64,000 nt of DNA from the IMG/VR virus record IMGVR_UViG_3300025012_000003; one strand, written 5' to 3'. Positions 1 through 11,373 of this stretch are shown piece by piece. The notes beneath the pieces are model-generated. The model saw only the letters and a list, made by a program, of their open reading frames with translations. It was not told the DNA's origin and searched no databases. This DNA is from a virus. Made by a program: the position numbers and the translations under genes. The stretch's first letter is position 1. Each line of letters begins with the position of its first letter.

Positions 1-225
1 GACCCATGAACAATACCGTAGTAGGAGTATCTTCAGAAATTAATTCATTTAACTCTTTAACTATCTGGCAGGGACAGTCCTTCAGATAAAAAATATCTAT
101 TATACAAGATAGCCTATTATATACATGAGGATTTTTAGTCTGTTGTTTGTAATACCTACGTGCTTCTCCTCGGTATTTTTCCATCTCATCGAACAAAGTA
201 TTCAAAACTATCCATTTATCTATTA

Positions 226-3200
226 TCATGAAACTAGCTCTATCATTGTTTTTATAGTATCTAACTCTTGAGTTACTATTTCGAAGGGGTTATCACAACA
301 TTTTTTATAAAGTTCATCAAAGTTGGTAGCTTGAAATTGCATACCCCATTCTCTGTAATAGAAGTCATACTCTATGGTATAAACCCCTACACCAAACCTT
401 AGTACTTGACATAGGTGTTTTATTTCTTTATGATATACAAAGAATTTTTCTAACATAATATATTTCCTTAAATAAAATCGCAAGGTGGGGGAATCGAACC
501 CTATACCGTCTTGAGTTTTGGAGACTCCTATTCTACCATTGAACTAACCCTGCATATCTTATATAATATCATACACTATAATTTATTTCAAGTATTTGTT
601 AAGGAATATTAATTATTTTTAATTCACAACAAGTGCATCTTGTTTTTCTACATTCATGACATATTTTTATGAAAGAATTACTTTTTAAAAATTCTTCTCC
701 GCATACTATACATTTAGATTTAGATACACAGGGAAAACCAATTTTTCTAGCACATCTTATACAAAACATTATCCTACTAACTCCTGCATTATTACCACAC
801 TTTGAATTTCCGAAAAATTTTCTATTTCATATAAATCTTGTCTTAAAAAACCAAGGATAAGATTATTTTTCCATTTTTTATAATCTATCTTATAAGCATA
901 TTTAAATAAATTAGATAAATCTGTTCCGATACTAAACATCTGACTTCTATAGGTACTATTATTTTCAGAATACATTAAGATAAAATATCTATCTCTTTTA
1001 AGAATATATTTTTTATCCTTGGATATATTTTTCCCGTCTGATACTTTTTTCATACTATCCCGCAGTTAATTCTATCATTGTTCTTAGTGCTTGTAATTTT
1101 TCTACAACTTTATCAAAATCGTTTGAAATATCATATATAACTTTAGATATCTCGATATCATTTAATTGGGAGATATCCTCTCCCTTATAAAAATCTTTAC
1201 CCATAACAACTTCTACCTTTATAGCATAATCTAATTTAAGTTTATCTTCTTGACCTATGGGAAAGCCGTACCTGATTTCGGACAGATTGGGAAAACATCT
1301 CAAGTCTGGATTGACATTAATAGTATTGATAGTACTTTTTATCTTTTCCCAATTTTTAAAATGGAGTATTCTTAAGGATAAAGGGGTACCCCACGGAAAA
1401 TTACTTGTATCATTTTCAGATAATGTTATAGATAAACTATTTCCCGAATTACTCCATGCTAAAGGGTCATGGAGGATATTGGAGTTTACGACAATGGAGG
1501 GAGGGGAAAGAACTGAAGGGTAATTACGATACTCCACAGAGCAACTAAAAATAGGGGCATACCAATAATAATTGTTTTTCTGAACATTGAATATCTGGAA
1601 TTCTTGTAAATTTTTTAAATCCCCTTCTATAAAAGGAGGAAGCGTAAAATTAATAACTCTATCCCTGTTGTGATATGGAATACATAAAAAATTAGGAATG
1701 TTTTCTTCAAAAGTGTCATGTCCAAAGTCTTTATAGAAATTTAAATAAGTTACTTTATAATAATACACAATTCCAGTATTTTTTAGAGATTCATTATAAA
1801 TATCTATTATTTCTTTTACATCTTCCATAGAGCTATCTTCCTTTCAGAACATTTCTTATTTGTTCTACCGAAGTTATTATATCTTTAATATCAGAAATAC
1901 TCTTTTTGTACAGTTTTAATGATTGTTTTACTACAAACTTTAGGAAGAAATTAGATTTCTCCAATTTTATTAACGATTCTTTTTCTTGTCTCTGTAATAA
2001 TTTTAGTATCAATTGATACATTCTCATCAGTTTATCAATTTTATTTAATAAATCTATCCTGATATGTAATTGAAAAGCATTTTCTTTTTGTTCGTTCACT
2101 AATATTAATAAATCATGAAGGTCTTTCCCTGATTTTTTTATTAAAGTATTAGCTATTTTTATTTTATTCATTCTGATAACTCCTTCATCACTAAAAGGGA
2201 CTCAAACTCTTCTTTATCCTCAAATTCATGTATTCTAAACTCTCTATAGCTAGTAAAACTAGTTAAATTTAATAAAACATTAGAGATTCCAAAACAAGTA
2301 GCACTGTGCCATCCATTGTCTCCTAGACTGTCAACATCAAAAGCTCTAACATACTGGAACTGTTTCCATTTATTCCCTATGGTTAGATGAAAATATTTTT
2401 TATTATGGCAGGTACGGTGGGTTCCCTCTATAACATAGAATTTTCCAGAGTCTAATGTTTTCAAAGTAAATACAGTATCCCTTCGGAGACTGTCTTTTCC
2501 ATTAGGAACCATAGCATATATGGGTAAATCTAATCTCATTAATTTGTCAACTCTTCCATAACTTTATGTTTCTGATAACTTTCTATTAAATATTCCATAA
2601 TTAAAGGTTTATCTTCTCCTTCTAACTTCTCATCTATAATTTTTAATGCCCGATAGAAAACTTTTTCAGCGGTGTTGTGGTCATAGAACATAAATTCTAC
2701 AATTCTATCTATTAGAGAATATTCATTATAGAACTTTTCATAGCATCTCGATTTGATACAATCATTTATTATATAATATTCTTCTGGATTATCTGGTCGT
2801 ATAACACCTAATTCACTATCTAGTATTCCCACAAAACGTTCTCTTATAAAAATAACTTCCATATTCCACAAAGCCATATATTTTAATATGCTATTTATGG
2901 TTTCTCCAAAAGGTTTTATGATATTTAAATTCATCCTACTAGCTCCTCCATACTTTTAACAGCATGGAGTTCATCCAAACTATCAAGTTCATAAACTTTC
3001 TCCTTTGAGAAGTAAGGACGTTTTATATAAGTTAAATAGATATTTATCTCTTGTAATAATTCCCTCTCCCACAAACCGTGGTCAAAGTGGATATTACCAT
3101 AAGGATATCCAGAACTATCTTCTTGATAAAATTTCCACAATTTTTTTTCTTTATCGAATAGGTACCAGTGGTAATTATTTCCAGATTTAAAAAGATAAAT

Positions 3201-6200
3201 CTTATCTTGATATATGCTATTTATTTTAACATGCTTCTCTAATATTATCATGATACAAGTTCCTGCATACTGAAATAAGTATCTAAAAGTCCTACAATTT
3301 CTTCGTCTTCTAAGGGGATTAATAATTTAGCATATAATCTACTATAACCTTCTGAATCTCTATGTTGCAGGTTAAAGGGGAATGAATACTTTAATTCCTT
3401 AGTTTCTTTTTCCAATATACTGATATAGCTAAACACATAATCGGTATTACTTTTTATATATAATATTTCATACTTATAGGTACGATGGAATAGGGCAGTG
3501 ATTATATTTGTTATTTCTAAAATTTCCATAAATTTTAGTTCTAATCTAAGGGGTTCAAATATTTCATATATTTTACATTCGTAGGATGGTTTTACTAATT
3601 TCATATTACTCCTAAAGAAAAAGGAAGAGGTTAGTGAAAAGTAAGGTTAAAGGTCAAGACAGGAAAAACTAACCTCTGTTACGTTAATTGTTAATGTAGA
3701 ATGTTGCTGTAACTATGACATCGAGTATATCGCTGTAGGACAGCATGCCGTTGTCGTGCATTGTTTCTCCTATTATACAAAAATCTTTATTAAAGAAAGC
3801 ATCTGCTATTTTTTCAAATCCACGTATTTTAAGATACTGAACTAAGTCTGATTTTTCTACGTCTTCAGCATATATTTCTAATTCTAATCTTTTAAGGACT
3901 TTATTTATTTTAGTTGTAGTACTCATAATTTTCTCCTTGACTTAACCTTATATAATTATCATAACAGAAAAAGAACTATATTTCAAGTTCTTCGTTAATA
4001 ATTATTAAGATATTGTTACACTTTTCGTAAGGAGTTTTACGATATTTTTACACTTTTCGTAAGGAATCCTATAAAACCACACTATTTCTAGGTCTTATCT
4101 TATATTTTGGTAGATATACTTGTACTTCCTTGCCATTAAGAGTATATTTTACATTAACTTCATTTTCAGAAGGGCTAGAATCACTCACTACCTCTGCATC
4201 GATACCTGTTTTTACCTCTGGAACAGTACTATGCTCGTCTTGTACCATGACCTTCATCCCTTTTTTAAATGTTTCATTTAAAAAATTACATAAATAGATA
4301 GTTTTATTTAATTTCATTGTTTTAGTCTCTAACTAGATAATCTAATTATAATGTAAAATAAAAGTTATCCAGTTAGTTCAGACATTGACCTTCTTATCAA
4401 ATTCTCATTAGATACTCTAATACGTTCTTTTTCTAGGTATTCAGACATTCCTTCTATGGAAACTATTTCCTTCTGAAGATTTATATATAATTGTTTCTCT
4501 TTACCCTCAGAAGTACTTATATCATGGGGAATTCCATTTCCATATACTATATCAACGGCTCTTCCAATCATCCAATATTCAGAAGTGTCATAAAGAAAAC
4601 TTGTTTTGGCATTGACTGGAACAAACCATGAATTTTTAACCTTAGTTCTATATTCTTTCAGTATACTGAAGATGATTTCTATAGCTTTATCTTCATTAAT
4701 CATCATTATCTAATCCATCTTTTAGATTCCAAGCAACTGTACCGTCCTTTTGTTTCATACCAAAAATAAGAGCATGTTTTATTAGTTCCGATACACTACT
4801 CATACCGAGTTCTTTAGCATATAACTTCATTCTTAACATCTCGTCTTTATCAAATCCGTCAAAACTAACCTTAAACAATTTCCCTTTCAGAACCTTTTTG
4901 GCTCTACGTTGTCTTTTGCTTTTTTTCCAAGTTTTCATTTTATCAATTCCTCCATTATTATTTCTAAATATTTTTTATCATCGTAATAGTATTTGTTTAT
5001 ATAATCTACTCCATATCCATAATCCTTTTCCGTCTCTTTGTATACCCCACATTTTTGACATTGGTAGAATACATGGTCATCTGGAGATAAGAAAGGTTTG
5101 CTCATATTTTTTACGATTATCCAGTCATGAAAACAAAATTTCTTTTTAAAGTAATTAATTATTTTATTTTTCATATTTCTCTTTAAGCTTTAAGTATAAT
5201 TTATGCTCTTCCTCATCTCTTTTAATAGCCTCTTTTTCTTTCATCTCCTTTATTCTATCATCTATAATTTTCCTATTTTCTCTAATAATTCTTAACTCTT
5301 CTTCGTATTTATCAGTCAGTTCTTTTTCAAAATCTTCATAGAAAAATCTTATTGGGAAACCTATCATTCTAGTGTCTTCGTCTCCGTCTTGTTGAGTGAG
5401 TTCTACATATTCTTCTATATCATCGACGGGATATAAATCTACACTGACTCTATTGTCATCATTGAACTCAAAGCCATAATCCTGAAAACTCCAATGGTCA
5501 AAATTCTTTTCAGCACAAGCTTTATCCTGCTCAAATTTTCTTTCGGCATTAAGTACCTTATTTCCTATCTCAACAGCCTTCGTTCTAAATCTTTTGAAAC
5601 CTTCTAAAATTTCTTTACTCATGACATTCTCCTAATTTATTAATTCTTTCATTGTATCGTATACTTTCTTCTGGTCTTCTGTAAAATATTCTCTAAGACT
5701 CAATTTTTCAATAAATCCTTTTTCTTTTTCTTCTCTATCCATGCTCATTTTAAAAGCTATATCGGGATTAGTGGTGAAAACTAAGGATAACATAAATCCA
5801 GTTTTTAATTCTTCTATCTTTGTTTGAGCATCTACGTAATCTTTTGTAGCCACATCGCTCCAAGACGTACCGTTTATTGCTTGTACCGCATTTAAATTTA
5901 CGTCGGAGGTGGTGATTACCTGACCCGCTGTAAAACTATAAGGACTATTTAGGGACATTCTTAATTCACCAATTCATTCATTACTAATAATTCATGATAG
6001 TACTCATTTGGATATTTTTCTAGCACTTCCAGTATACCTGTTTTTAATTTTTTGTTATTTAATAATTTTAGCATATCTTCCTTATCAAGTAAAGTATGCA
6101 ATTCTGAAAAAGATTTAAATTGTACTTCGTTTAATAAAACGAATACTAAATGTTGTCCCAAATATTTAATCTGAGAACGAATACATAATTTTCTTCCCGT

Positions 6201-6992
6201 ATCAGTATTAACTATGTTTCTTTTTATTAACATAAGGAAGTAGCTAATTTCTTCTAAATCTTTATGTCCTATATTATACCCTAACGAATCTTTTGGAAAA
6301 AACTCATGGTTGAACCAAACAGGGTCTAAATAATAATATTCATTTATTATTTTAGTTGTCATTAATCAATTCTCGCATCATTAAATAAGTCTCTGTGTCT
6401 GGATATTCAGTACATCTGAATTTGCTGTATTCTAAATCTGATAATCCGTAATTTATCATATAGTCATAGCAACTTGCCATAGAATGAAAATCTTTAGGAG
6501 CTATTATTTTTTTCTTAATTTTATTTTCGGAAGATATATAATTGCTTACAGTTTCTATAGCCAGATTGTCGCCTTCTCTATATATGAATTTAGATTTCCA
6601 AAAACAGCTATCGTATCTTTCCTTAATAGGTTCTATAAGATAACACTTATTGTTTTCATATACCTCATGTATTGTATAACTCTTTAAGTCCATTAAGTGG
6701 TCAACTCCAACATAGCAAAAAGTTTAGTTATTTCATCTGGTTCTAATATTACAAATCCTATTAGATAGGCTTCTATTATTTCTTCTGGAATTCTAGGAAA
6801 TAATTTCCTCATTCCTACTATTGTCTCTTTTACTAGATTCCAATCTGTTTCATAATTTTCAAGGTAGCTTCCAAACTCGTCTGAAAATGTTAAATATTTT
6901 GCACTAATTGATATATGTAATCTTATTGATGAACGAGGATAGTATTTCATTATTAATGTATTAACTATGCTAGTTAATTTATCATAGTTCAT
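226..6992 (-). CDS. Array of ~20 small hypothetical early-type ORFs, 13 ending in the MxEL[VIT]x C-terminal motif (226, 769, 1055, 2168, 2539, 2931, 3248, 4365, 4935, 5632, 5961, 6352, 6693)
   Basis: ORF track; head-to-tail ATGA/TAATG overlaps; shared C-termini (TMIELVS, IMQELVG, VMKELSE, SMQELVS...). The 226 ORF probably starts at ATG 456 because 483 lies inside a tRNA. Confidence 0.85.
479..553 (-). tRNA. trnW: tRNA-Trp(CCA), isolated from the main array
   Basis: GCAGGGT/ACCTTGC acceptor stem, GAGT-CTCCAAA-ACTC anticodon arm, GGTTCGATTCC T-loop; imperfect T stem. Confidence 0.8.
563..612 (-). promoter_or_regulatory. sigma70-type promoter for tRNA-Trp and downstream ORFs
   Basis: TTGAAA (591-586), 17 bp, TATTAT (568-563), plus an upstream TGTTAA box. 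Confidence 0.65.
609..767 (-). CDS. 52-aa Cys-rich zinc-finger-like protein (not in ORF track); paralog of 16877..17077
   Basis: Manual translation MFCIRCARKIGFPCVSKSKCIVCGEEF...CHECRKTRCTCCELKNN. Confidence 0.6.
3930..4020 (-). promoter_or_regulatory. Terminator/promoter cassette: hairpin whose loop carries the -35, -10 TATGAT, conserved leader and SD
   Basis: AAGAAC-TTGAAATATA-GTTCTT hairpin followed by a T run; -35 3986-3981, 17 bp, -10 3963-3958; leader AAGGTTAAGTCAAGGAGA. Confidence 0.7.
4016..4065. repeat. 18-bp direct repeat x2 (TTACACTTTTCGTAAGGA) with an internal TCGTAA-N6-TTACGA palindrome
   Basis: Copies at 4016-4033 and 4048-4065, 32 bp apart; palindrome at 4025-4042. Confidence 0.8.
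4069..4317 (-). CDS. Small SH3/KOW-like beta-barrel protein
   Basis: FKKGMKVMV...AEVV...EVNVKY...VYLPKYKIRP pattern. Confidence 0.4.
   Translation of the reverse strand: MKLNKTIYLCNFLNETFKKGMKVMVQDEHSTVPEVKTGIDAEVVSDSSPSENEVNVKYTLNGKEVQVYLPKYKIRPRNSVVL
4696..4938 (-). CDS. Ribbon-helix-helix (CopG-like) DNA-binding protein
   Basis: FKVSF strand then helix (DEMLRMKLYAKELG)-MSSVSELIKHAL helix; basic N-terminus. Confidence 0.55.
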   Translation of the reverse strand: MKTWKKSKRQRRAKKVLKGKLFKVSFDGFDKDEMLRMKLYAKELGMSSVSELIKHALIFGMKQKDGTVAWNLKDGLDNDD

Positions 6993-7374
6993 ATTTTAAA
7001 TTTCTCCACGAATTCCCATTCTTTGTCATTGAAAGCCGATATAACAGGGAGACCTTCATAATTAAAAAATAAAAAAGGATAGCTTTTATGACCTTTATCT
7101 AAATTTGGATTAGTGTTATTAAAAACGGTACACACTGCTCTCATGTGAGGAATCCAAAAGTCTCCCACGTATTTGTTATCTCCCTCTAATGTCTCTGCTA
7201 ATTCCTTTCTAGTTGCATATTTCTTTTGTCCTTTTAGCTTAAACTTATTTTTAGTACTTCTTCTAACTGTTTCATTTTTAAGGAATTGCTCAAAAGTCAT
7301 GCCTTCGTTTATTCCTTCTATTTGACAGCTATAAAAGGATTCTTTGAGAAGTAGTATCTCACGTAGATTCATCA

Positions 7375-8463
7375 TTAGTTATATCTCCCATATTCATTTG
7401 AAAATGCGTACATCCAATAACCTATTTGGGTTAGTAGAACTATTAAAAAAGTAACCATGTAAGCCCACGAAGGAGGGTCTATCTGCATGTAGTTAAACTT
7501 GCTGAAGTCTTTTATCTTATAATTTTCTATAACTTCCTGCTTAATTAATGGGATTATACTATCATCCACTTTATTATCCAATATAATAGACTCCAAATTT
7601 CTTTTCACTAATGATTTTTCTGTCCATCCGAAAACATAAGACCATCTATTTCCTTCTATTCCCCCATAACAAATCACTAAGTCGTTCTTCTTACCCCCAA
7701 TCCAAGCAGATTCTTGATACATAGCTTGTTCTTTATCTTTGTTTCCAAAGTAAATTATAATTAAGTTTACTTTTTTAGTAGCCCCAAGCTCAGTATTTAA
7801 AACATCCCAAGCATGTGGAGTTATAGTAGACACGTTGATAAGTCTATCACTTTGAAACCAATTATTATTTTGAGGATATTCAAGAGTCTTCATATTTTTA
7901 GGAATTTCTATAAAGGAAAAGTTAGATTTTGTTGCTTTTATTATATTTGTCCAACTTCTTGTCGTTGTGGTGGGGAAATAAACCTTACCTGTCTTATTGT
8001 AGGCAACATATATATTACGGTCTCCTCCGTCAAATCCAGATTTATTTCCATCTTCTGTATTATAATTTCCAAAAGTATTAGATATTTGTTTAAATGTAGT
8101 TTCTTCTATATTATTACTTTCTCCCGTAGAAGAATTAGCTTCCCAATATCTATTATGGGTTCTATGTTCGGTAGTGTAGTAAGTAGTACAAACTTCGTTT
8201 TTACCGCTACCTGAACAGGATGTATGAGCTTCTTGATATTCTTCAATCCATTCGGGATAATAAGTGGCTCTTATTATATGTCCAGACCAAGTTTCTGTAT
8301 CTGATGTCATTCCAGCGTATAAACATCCATGGATGATACCAACTGTTGCAAATCCTATTAGAACACTAAGTAACCACTCCCACCAAACTATCTCTTTTTG
8401 TGTTATCCATAAATAACATCCTATTATAAGAGGAATAAAACATATTAGATATAAATTTCCCAC
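7375..8463 (-). CDS. Conserved phage membrane protein (2 N-terminal TM helices, soluble domain, C-terminal TM)
   Basis: Hydrophobic segments at both ends; 362 aa. Confidence 0.6.
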   Translation of the reverse strand: MGNLYLICFIPLIIGCYLWITQKEIVWWEWLLSVLIGFATVGIIHGCLYAGMTSDTETWSGHIIRATYYPEWIEEYQEAHTSCSGSGKNEVCTTYYTTEHRTHNRYWEANSSTGESNNIEETTFKQISNTFGNYNTEDGNKSGFDGGDRNIYVAYNKTGKVYFPTTTTRSWTNIIKATKSNFSFIEIPKNMKTLEYPQNNNWFQSDRLINVSTITPHAWDVLNTELGATKKVNLIIIYFGNKDKEQAMYQESAWIGGKKNDLVICYGGIEGNRWSYVFGWTEKSLVKRNLESIILDNKVDDSIIPLIKQEVIENYKIKDFSKFNYMQIDPPSWAYMVTFLIVLLTQIGYWMYAFSNEYGRYN

Positions 8464-8548
8464 AATTATCTCCTTATTATGTGCAATAATATCATATTAG
8501 CACACAATTAATTAAATATCAACTATTTCGTTATAAAAATTTACAAAT

Positions 8549-8577
8549 AAAAAGAGTAGTCCAGCTCGACTACTCTC
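8549..8577 (-). terminator. Intrinsic terminator
   Basis: GAGTAGTC-GAGCTG-GACTACTC followed by TTTTT. Confidence 0.75.
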
Positions 8578-8776
8578 TAAATTAAAAGGAATCCCTCAGT
8601 CTAAGATTCCTTTGGCTACAAATAGAGTACCCGTAGTCTGCCACACTACACGGAACCAGAGTATTTATAACAGCACGTAATTGACTGATGACGTACTGTT
8701 TTTATTTACCTCCGAAACGCAACTTAGCTTTCGTGGATAGCTACTCCCTACTTGCTGGGAAGAATACGTCTCACAT
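8549..8776 (-). ncRNA. Candidate ~228-nt structured noncoding RNA with its own promoter and terminator
   Basis: Perfect TTGACA-17-TATAAT (8811-8783), no ORF, at least 5 hairpins, GAGTAGTC/GACTACTC terminator with U-tract. Confidence 0.65.
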
Positions 8777-8782
8777 AATTTT

Positions 8783-8811
8783 ATTATATCACTACAGAGT
8801 AAATTTGTCAA
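8783..8811 (-). promoter_or_regulatory. Consensus sigma70 promoter
   Basis: TTGACA-17 bp-TATAAT exact. Confidence 0.8.
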
Positions 8812-8821
8812 GAGATAAATA

Positions 8822-9238
8822 TTATCTAAGACTATGTTTAATATATAGGTTAAGTATCATTCCGCCCTTTTGAACTTGCTTAGGACTATTTCTGAAAGTT
8901 ACGGAATCCCAACTAACTTTATATTCTCCATCGACTCTCCAGAGGTCTCCCCCAACTAAATTATTATAGTTTAATTCAATGCCTTCAGATATTAATTTAT
9001 CAATAATGATAGAATGTAAAGCGGAGAAAGCATCCCAAACATATAAATCTTCTGTTTCTAAATCCACAAAGAATCTTAGAGCTTTAGGTCTTGAACTATT
9101 TTCTGGTTGAGCAGAATTTCTTATTAAGTGTTTAATATCAGATAAAGAAGGGTTTTTAAATACAGTAGCTTCCGACCATTTAGATTTAATAGTCGTTAAA
9201 TACTCTTCTTTCAATATATTTAATATCTTACTAAACAT
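8822..9238 (-). CDS. Putative virion-internal protein, VFKNPS-family domain, basic N-terminal leader
   Basis: MFSKILNILKEE leader; VFKNPS..D..LRFFVD..DLYVWD..LH shared with 40225 and 41266. Confidence 0.5.
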   Translation of the reverse strand: MFSKILNILKEEYLTTIKSKWSEATVFKNPSLSDIKHLIRNSAQPENSSRPKALRFFVDLETEDLYVWDAFSALHSIIIDKLISEGIELNYNNLVGGDLWRVDGEYKVSWDSVTFRNSPKQVQKGGMILNLYIKHSLR

Positions 9239-9696
9239 TATTTTCTATCACTCACATCTACAATTAAAACTTTAGGTCTAACTCCTAAGATAAAAGCAGT
9301 ATCTAGTCTAGTATTACCAGACATAATCCTGTATCCCCTGCTGAATTTTAATACTATAGGAACTGGCATAGAATCATTATTTTCAAACCCTTTAATGATT
9401 CTATCAACATCCCTAGGAAATTTATAATGACTTACAAGTTCTTTTAAGGATTCTATTGATTTAGTTTGACTTCTATAATCTATATTATCATCAAAGTTTT
9501 TATCTATTTCTACAATTTTCCCTTCTTTAGCTTTCTTTATAAATTCCTTCTCGCTGTCGAAAAGATTCCAATTCTTAATATTTCTTATTTCATATTCCCA
9601 ATGATATTCTTGACTTAATTCTTTATCGTCTGGAAGTCTCCAAGAATTATACTCAGAAAAATTCTCTTTTATTATTTTTAGAATCTTTTTAAACAT
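9238..9696 (-). CDS. ParB/Srx-like domain protein with basic N-terminal leader
   Basis: PVPIVLKFSRGYRIMSGNTRLDTAFILG ParB-type motif; probable start MFKKILKIIKE at 9696. Confidence 0.6.
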   Translation of the reverse strand: MFKKILKIIKENFSEYNSWRLPDDKELSQEYHWEYEIRNIKNWNLFDSEKEFIKKAKEGKIVEIDKNFDDNIDYRSQTKSIESLKELVSHYKFPRDVDRIIKGFENNDSMPVPIVLKFSRGYRIMSGNTRLDTAFILGVRPKVLIVDVSDRK

Positions 9697-9697
9697 G

Positions 9698-10486
9698 TTA
9701 TTTTCTAGCCATCCCTTTAACACGTTCTTCGACCTCTTGATTCACCTTGTTAAAATCTATATCTAGTTTATCGTGTAGGAAATTGCCTCCATGGTGAACC
9801 ATATCTTTAAGCCTGTCAAATTTAAGAACAAGAGTTTTAATGTCATCATAATCTTGCCCTTCTTTTACCAACTCAACAGCCTCTACATTGTTCTTAGCTA
9901 GATTATAAAATTCCTCATTTTCTTTAGCTTGTTCTCCTCTGAAGTTAATAAGAATATCTGATAAACCTTCTTCATCTAAATCTAAAAACCTATTTATGTT
10001 ACCTTCTTCATCCTCTTCTTCGGTTATGTAAGGCTCCAATAAGTCTCTTAATTCGTCATCTTCCATGTGTTTAAATATGGAAGTATTTAATATACCAAAA
10101 GCAAAACGATATCTACCTTCCCCATTTATATACTCCATTAAATCAGGGCTATACCAATCTTCTAATACTGCTTCCCTAAGTTTTTCCAATAAATTCTCTA
10201 ATCCTGATATATCCTCGGATTCTTGATATTCCGAATAGTCCCCTCCAAGAGCTTCAGCTAATTCTACTAAACCATGTTCAAATAACCAATCTGTTAATTT
10301 AAAGGATATTTGCTCTGTGGCTTCTTCTATATATTTTCTTAGTTGATTCTCTTTACTATCATTAAGTTTTCCAGCTTGAGATAAATATGTTAAAACTCCT
10401 ATTTCCACTAGCATATCATCTAATTCAAGATAGTCTTCGAGTAAACTTTCAGTAAGTTGTTTTAATCTTTTAAAATAGTTATTCAT
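9698..10486 (-). CDS. Acidic hypothetical protein with basic N-terminal leader
   Basis: MNNYFKRLKQLTESLLE; very D/E-rich. Confidence 0.7.
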   Translation of the reverse strand: MNNYFKRLKQLTESLLEDYLELDDMLVEIGVLTYLSQAGKLNDSKENQLRKYIEEATEQISFKLTDWLFEHGLVELAEALGGDYSEYQESEDISGLENLLEKLREAVLEDWYSPDLMEYINGEGRYRFAFGILNTSIFKHMEDDELRDLLEPYITEEEDEEGNINRFLDLDEEGLSDILINFRGEQAKENEEFYNLAKNNVEAVELVKEGQDYDDIKTLVLKFDRLKDMVHHGGNFLHDKLDIDFNKVNQEVEERVKGMARK

Positions 10487-10745
10487 AAAAATGTTCTATT
10501 CCACTATGCTGAAAATAATAAATTTTACCATCTTCGCTTCTGCCGTATTGATAATCATTTGGATATTTTTTCATATCAAGTAATATATTTTTATCTATAT
10601 TACATTTTTTTAAAAATTCTTCTTTAGTTATATCCTCACCATAATAAGTGGCATCATAATATCTCTTCTGGTCTTTTTTACAAATACCTACGCAAGTTTG
10701 AGTGAAATCTAATTTTTCTATTAAATTTATAATTTTTTTAAACAT
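10479..10745 (-). CDS. Hypothetical protein with basic N-terminal leader
   Basis: MFKKIINLIEK. Confidence 0.7.
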   Translation of the reverse strand: MFKKIINLIEKLDFTQTCVGICKKDQKRYYDATYYGEDITKEEFLKKCNIDKNILLDMKKYPNDYQYGRSEDGKIYYFQHSGIEHFYE

Positions 10746-10750
10746 ATTAT

Positions 10751-11029
10751 TTAACCTGAATATAATTCCCTAAGCTTTGCTTCTCCCCTTTTAGTAAGAT
10801 AGTACTTACCCTTCATATCTTTAGCTATGTAATTATTAGCTAAGGCAGAATGAAGTTGTATTCTTATATCATTTATAGTTTTAAATCCTTCTTCGGGGCT
10901 TCTGTGAGAGGCTATATTATAAAGAAGGGTTGTCATCCCTAAGTCTGTTCTATTTTTAGCAATATCCATGGGAAGAACAGCTTCTCCTAAAATATCTTTC
11001 GTTATTTTCTTTAATCTCTCGAGAGACAT
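10751..11029 (-). CDS. Small protein, possible winged-helix, with basic N-terminal leader
   Basis: MSLERLKKITKDILGE; C-terminal YYLTKRGEAKL wing-like motif. Confidence 0.45.
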   Translation of the reverse strand: MSLERLKKITKDILGEAVLPMDIAKNRTDLGMTTLLYNIASHRSPEEGFKTINDIRIQLHSALANNYIAKDMKGKYYLTKRGEAKLRELYSG

Positions 11030-11373
11030 TATTCTCCTCCTCCGTCTCCACCATCCCCATCTCCGTCATTATCATCATCGTCTCCATAATGACCAAAATA
11101 AGGATATCCCATAATACCTTTATGAGATTTTCTTTTCTTATGTTTTTTCTTTTTTCTTTTTTCGTCTATTTCTTGGGGAACTTCTACAGAATTACATAAT
11201 GCTATAATAGTATCAAATGATTCTTTTTTCGAGTTATATGCAATCGCTTGTGCTTGCTTCAAAGCTTCTTCCTTGGTTTCTGGGGAGGAAGTTCCAATTT
11301 TACCCGTACGTTTCCATTTGTGCATGAGTTCTTTAATTATATCACTTTTACTTTTTCGTTTATCGATAGGCAT
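11029..11373 (-). CDS. Small basic protein with KQAQAIAY motif (DUF6496-like) and Asp/Gly tail
   Basis: EEALKQAQAIAYNS; poly-K segment; GDDDDNDGDGDGGDGGGE tail. Confidence 0.45.
   Translation of the reverse strand: MPIDKRKSKSDIIKELMHKWKRTGKIGTSSPETKEEALKQAQAIAYNSKKESFDTIIALCNSVEVPQEIDEKRKKKKHKKRKSHKGIMGYPYFGHYGDDDDNDGDGDGGDGGGE

Noticed and set aside
8549-8776. RNase P, 6S, SRP or riboswitch identity for the ncRNA candidates (also 39833-40095)
   Set aside because: I could not find their signature sequences by eye; left unassigned pending an Rfam search.
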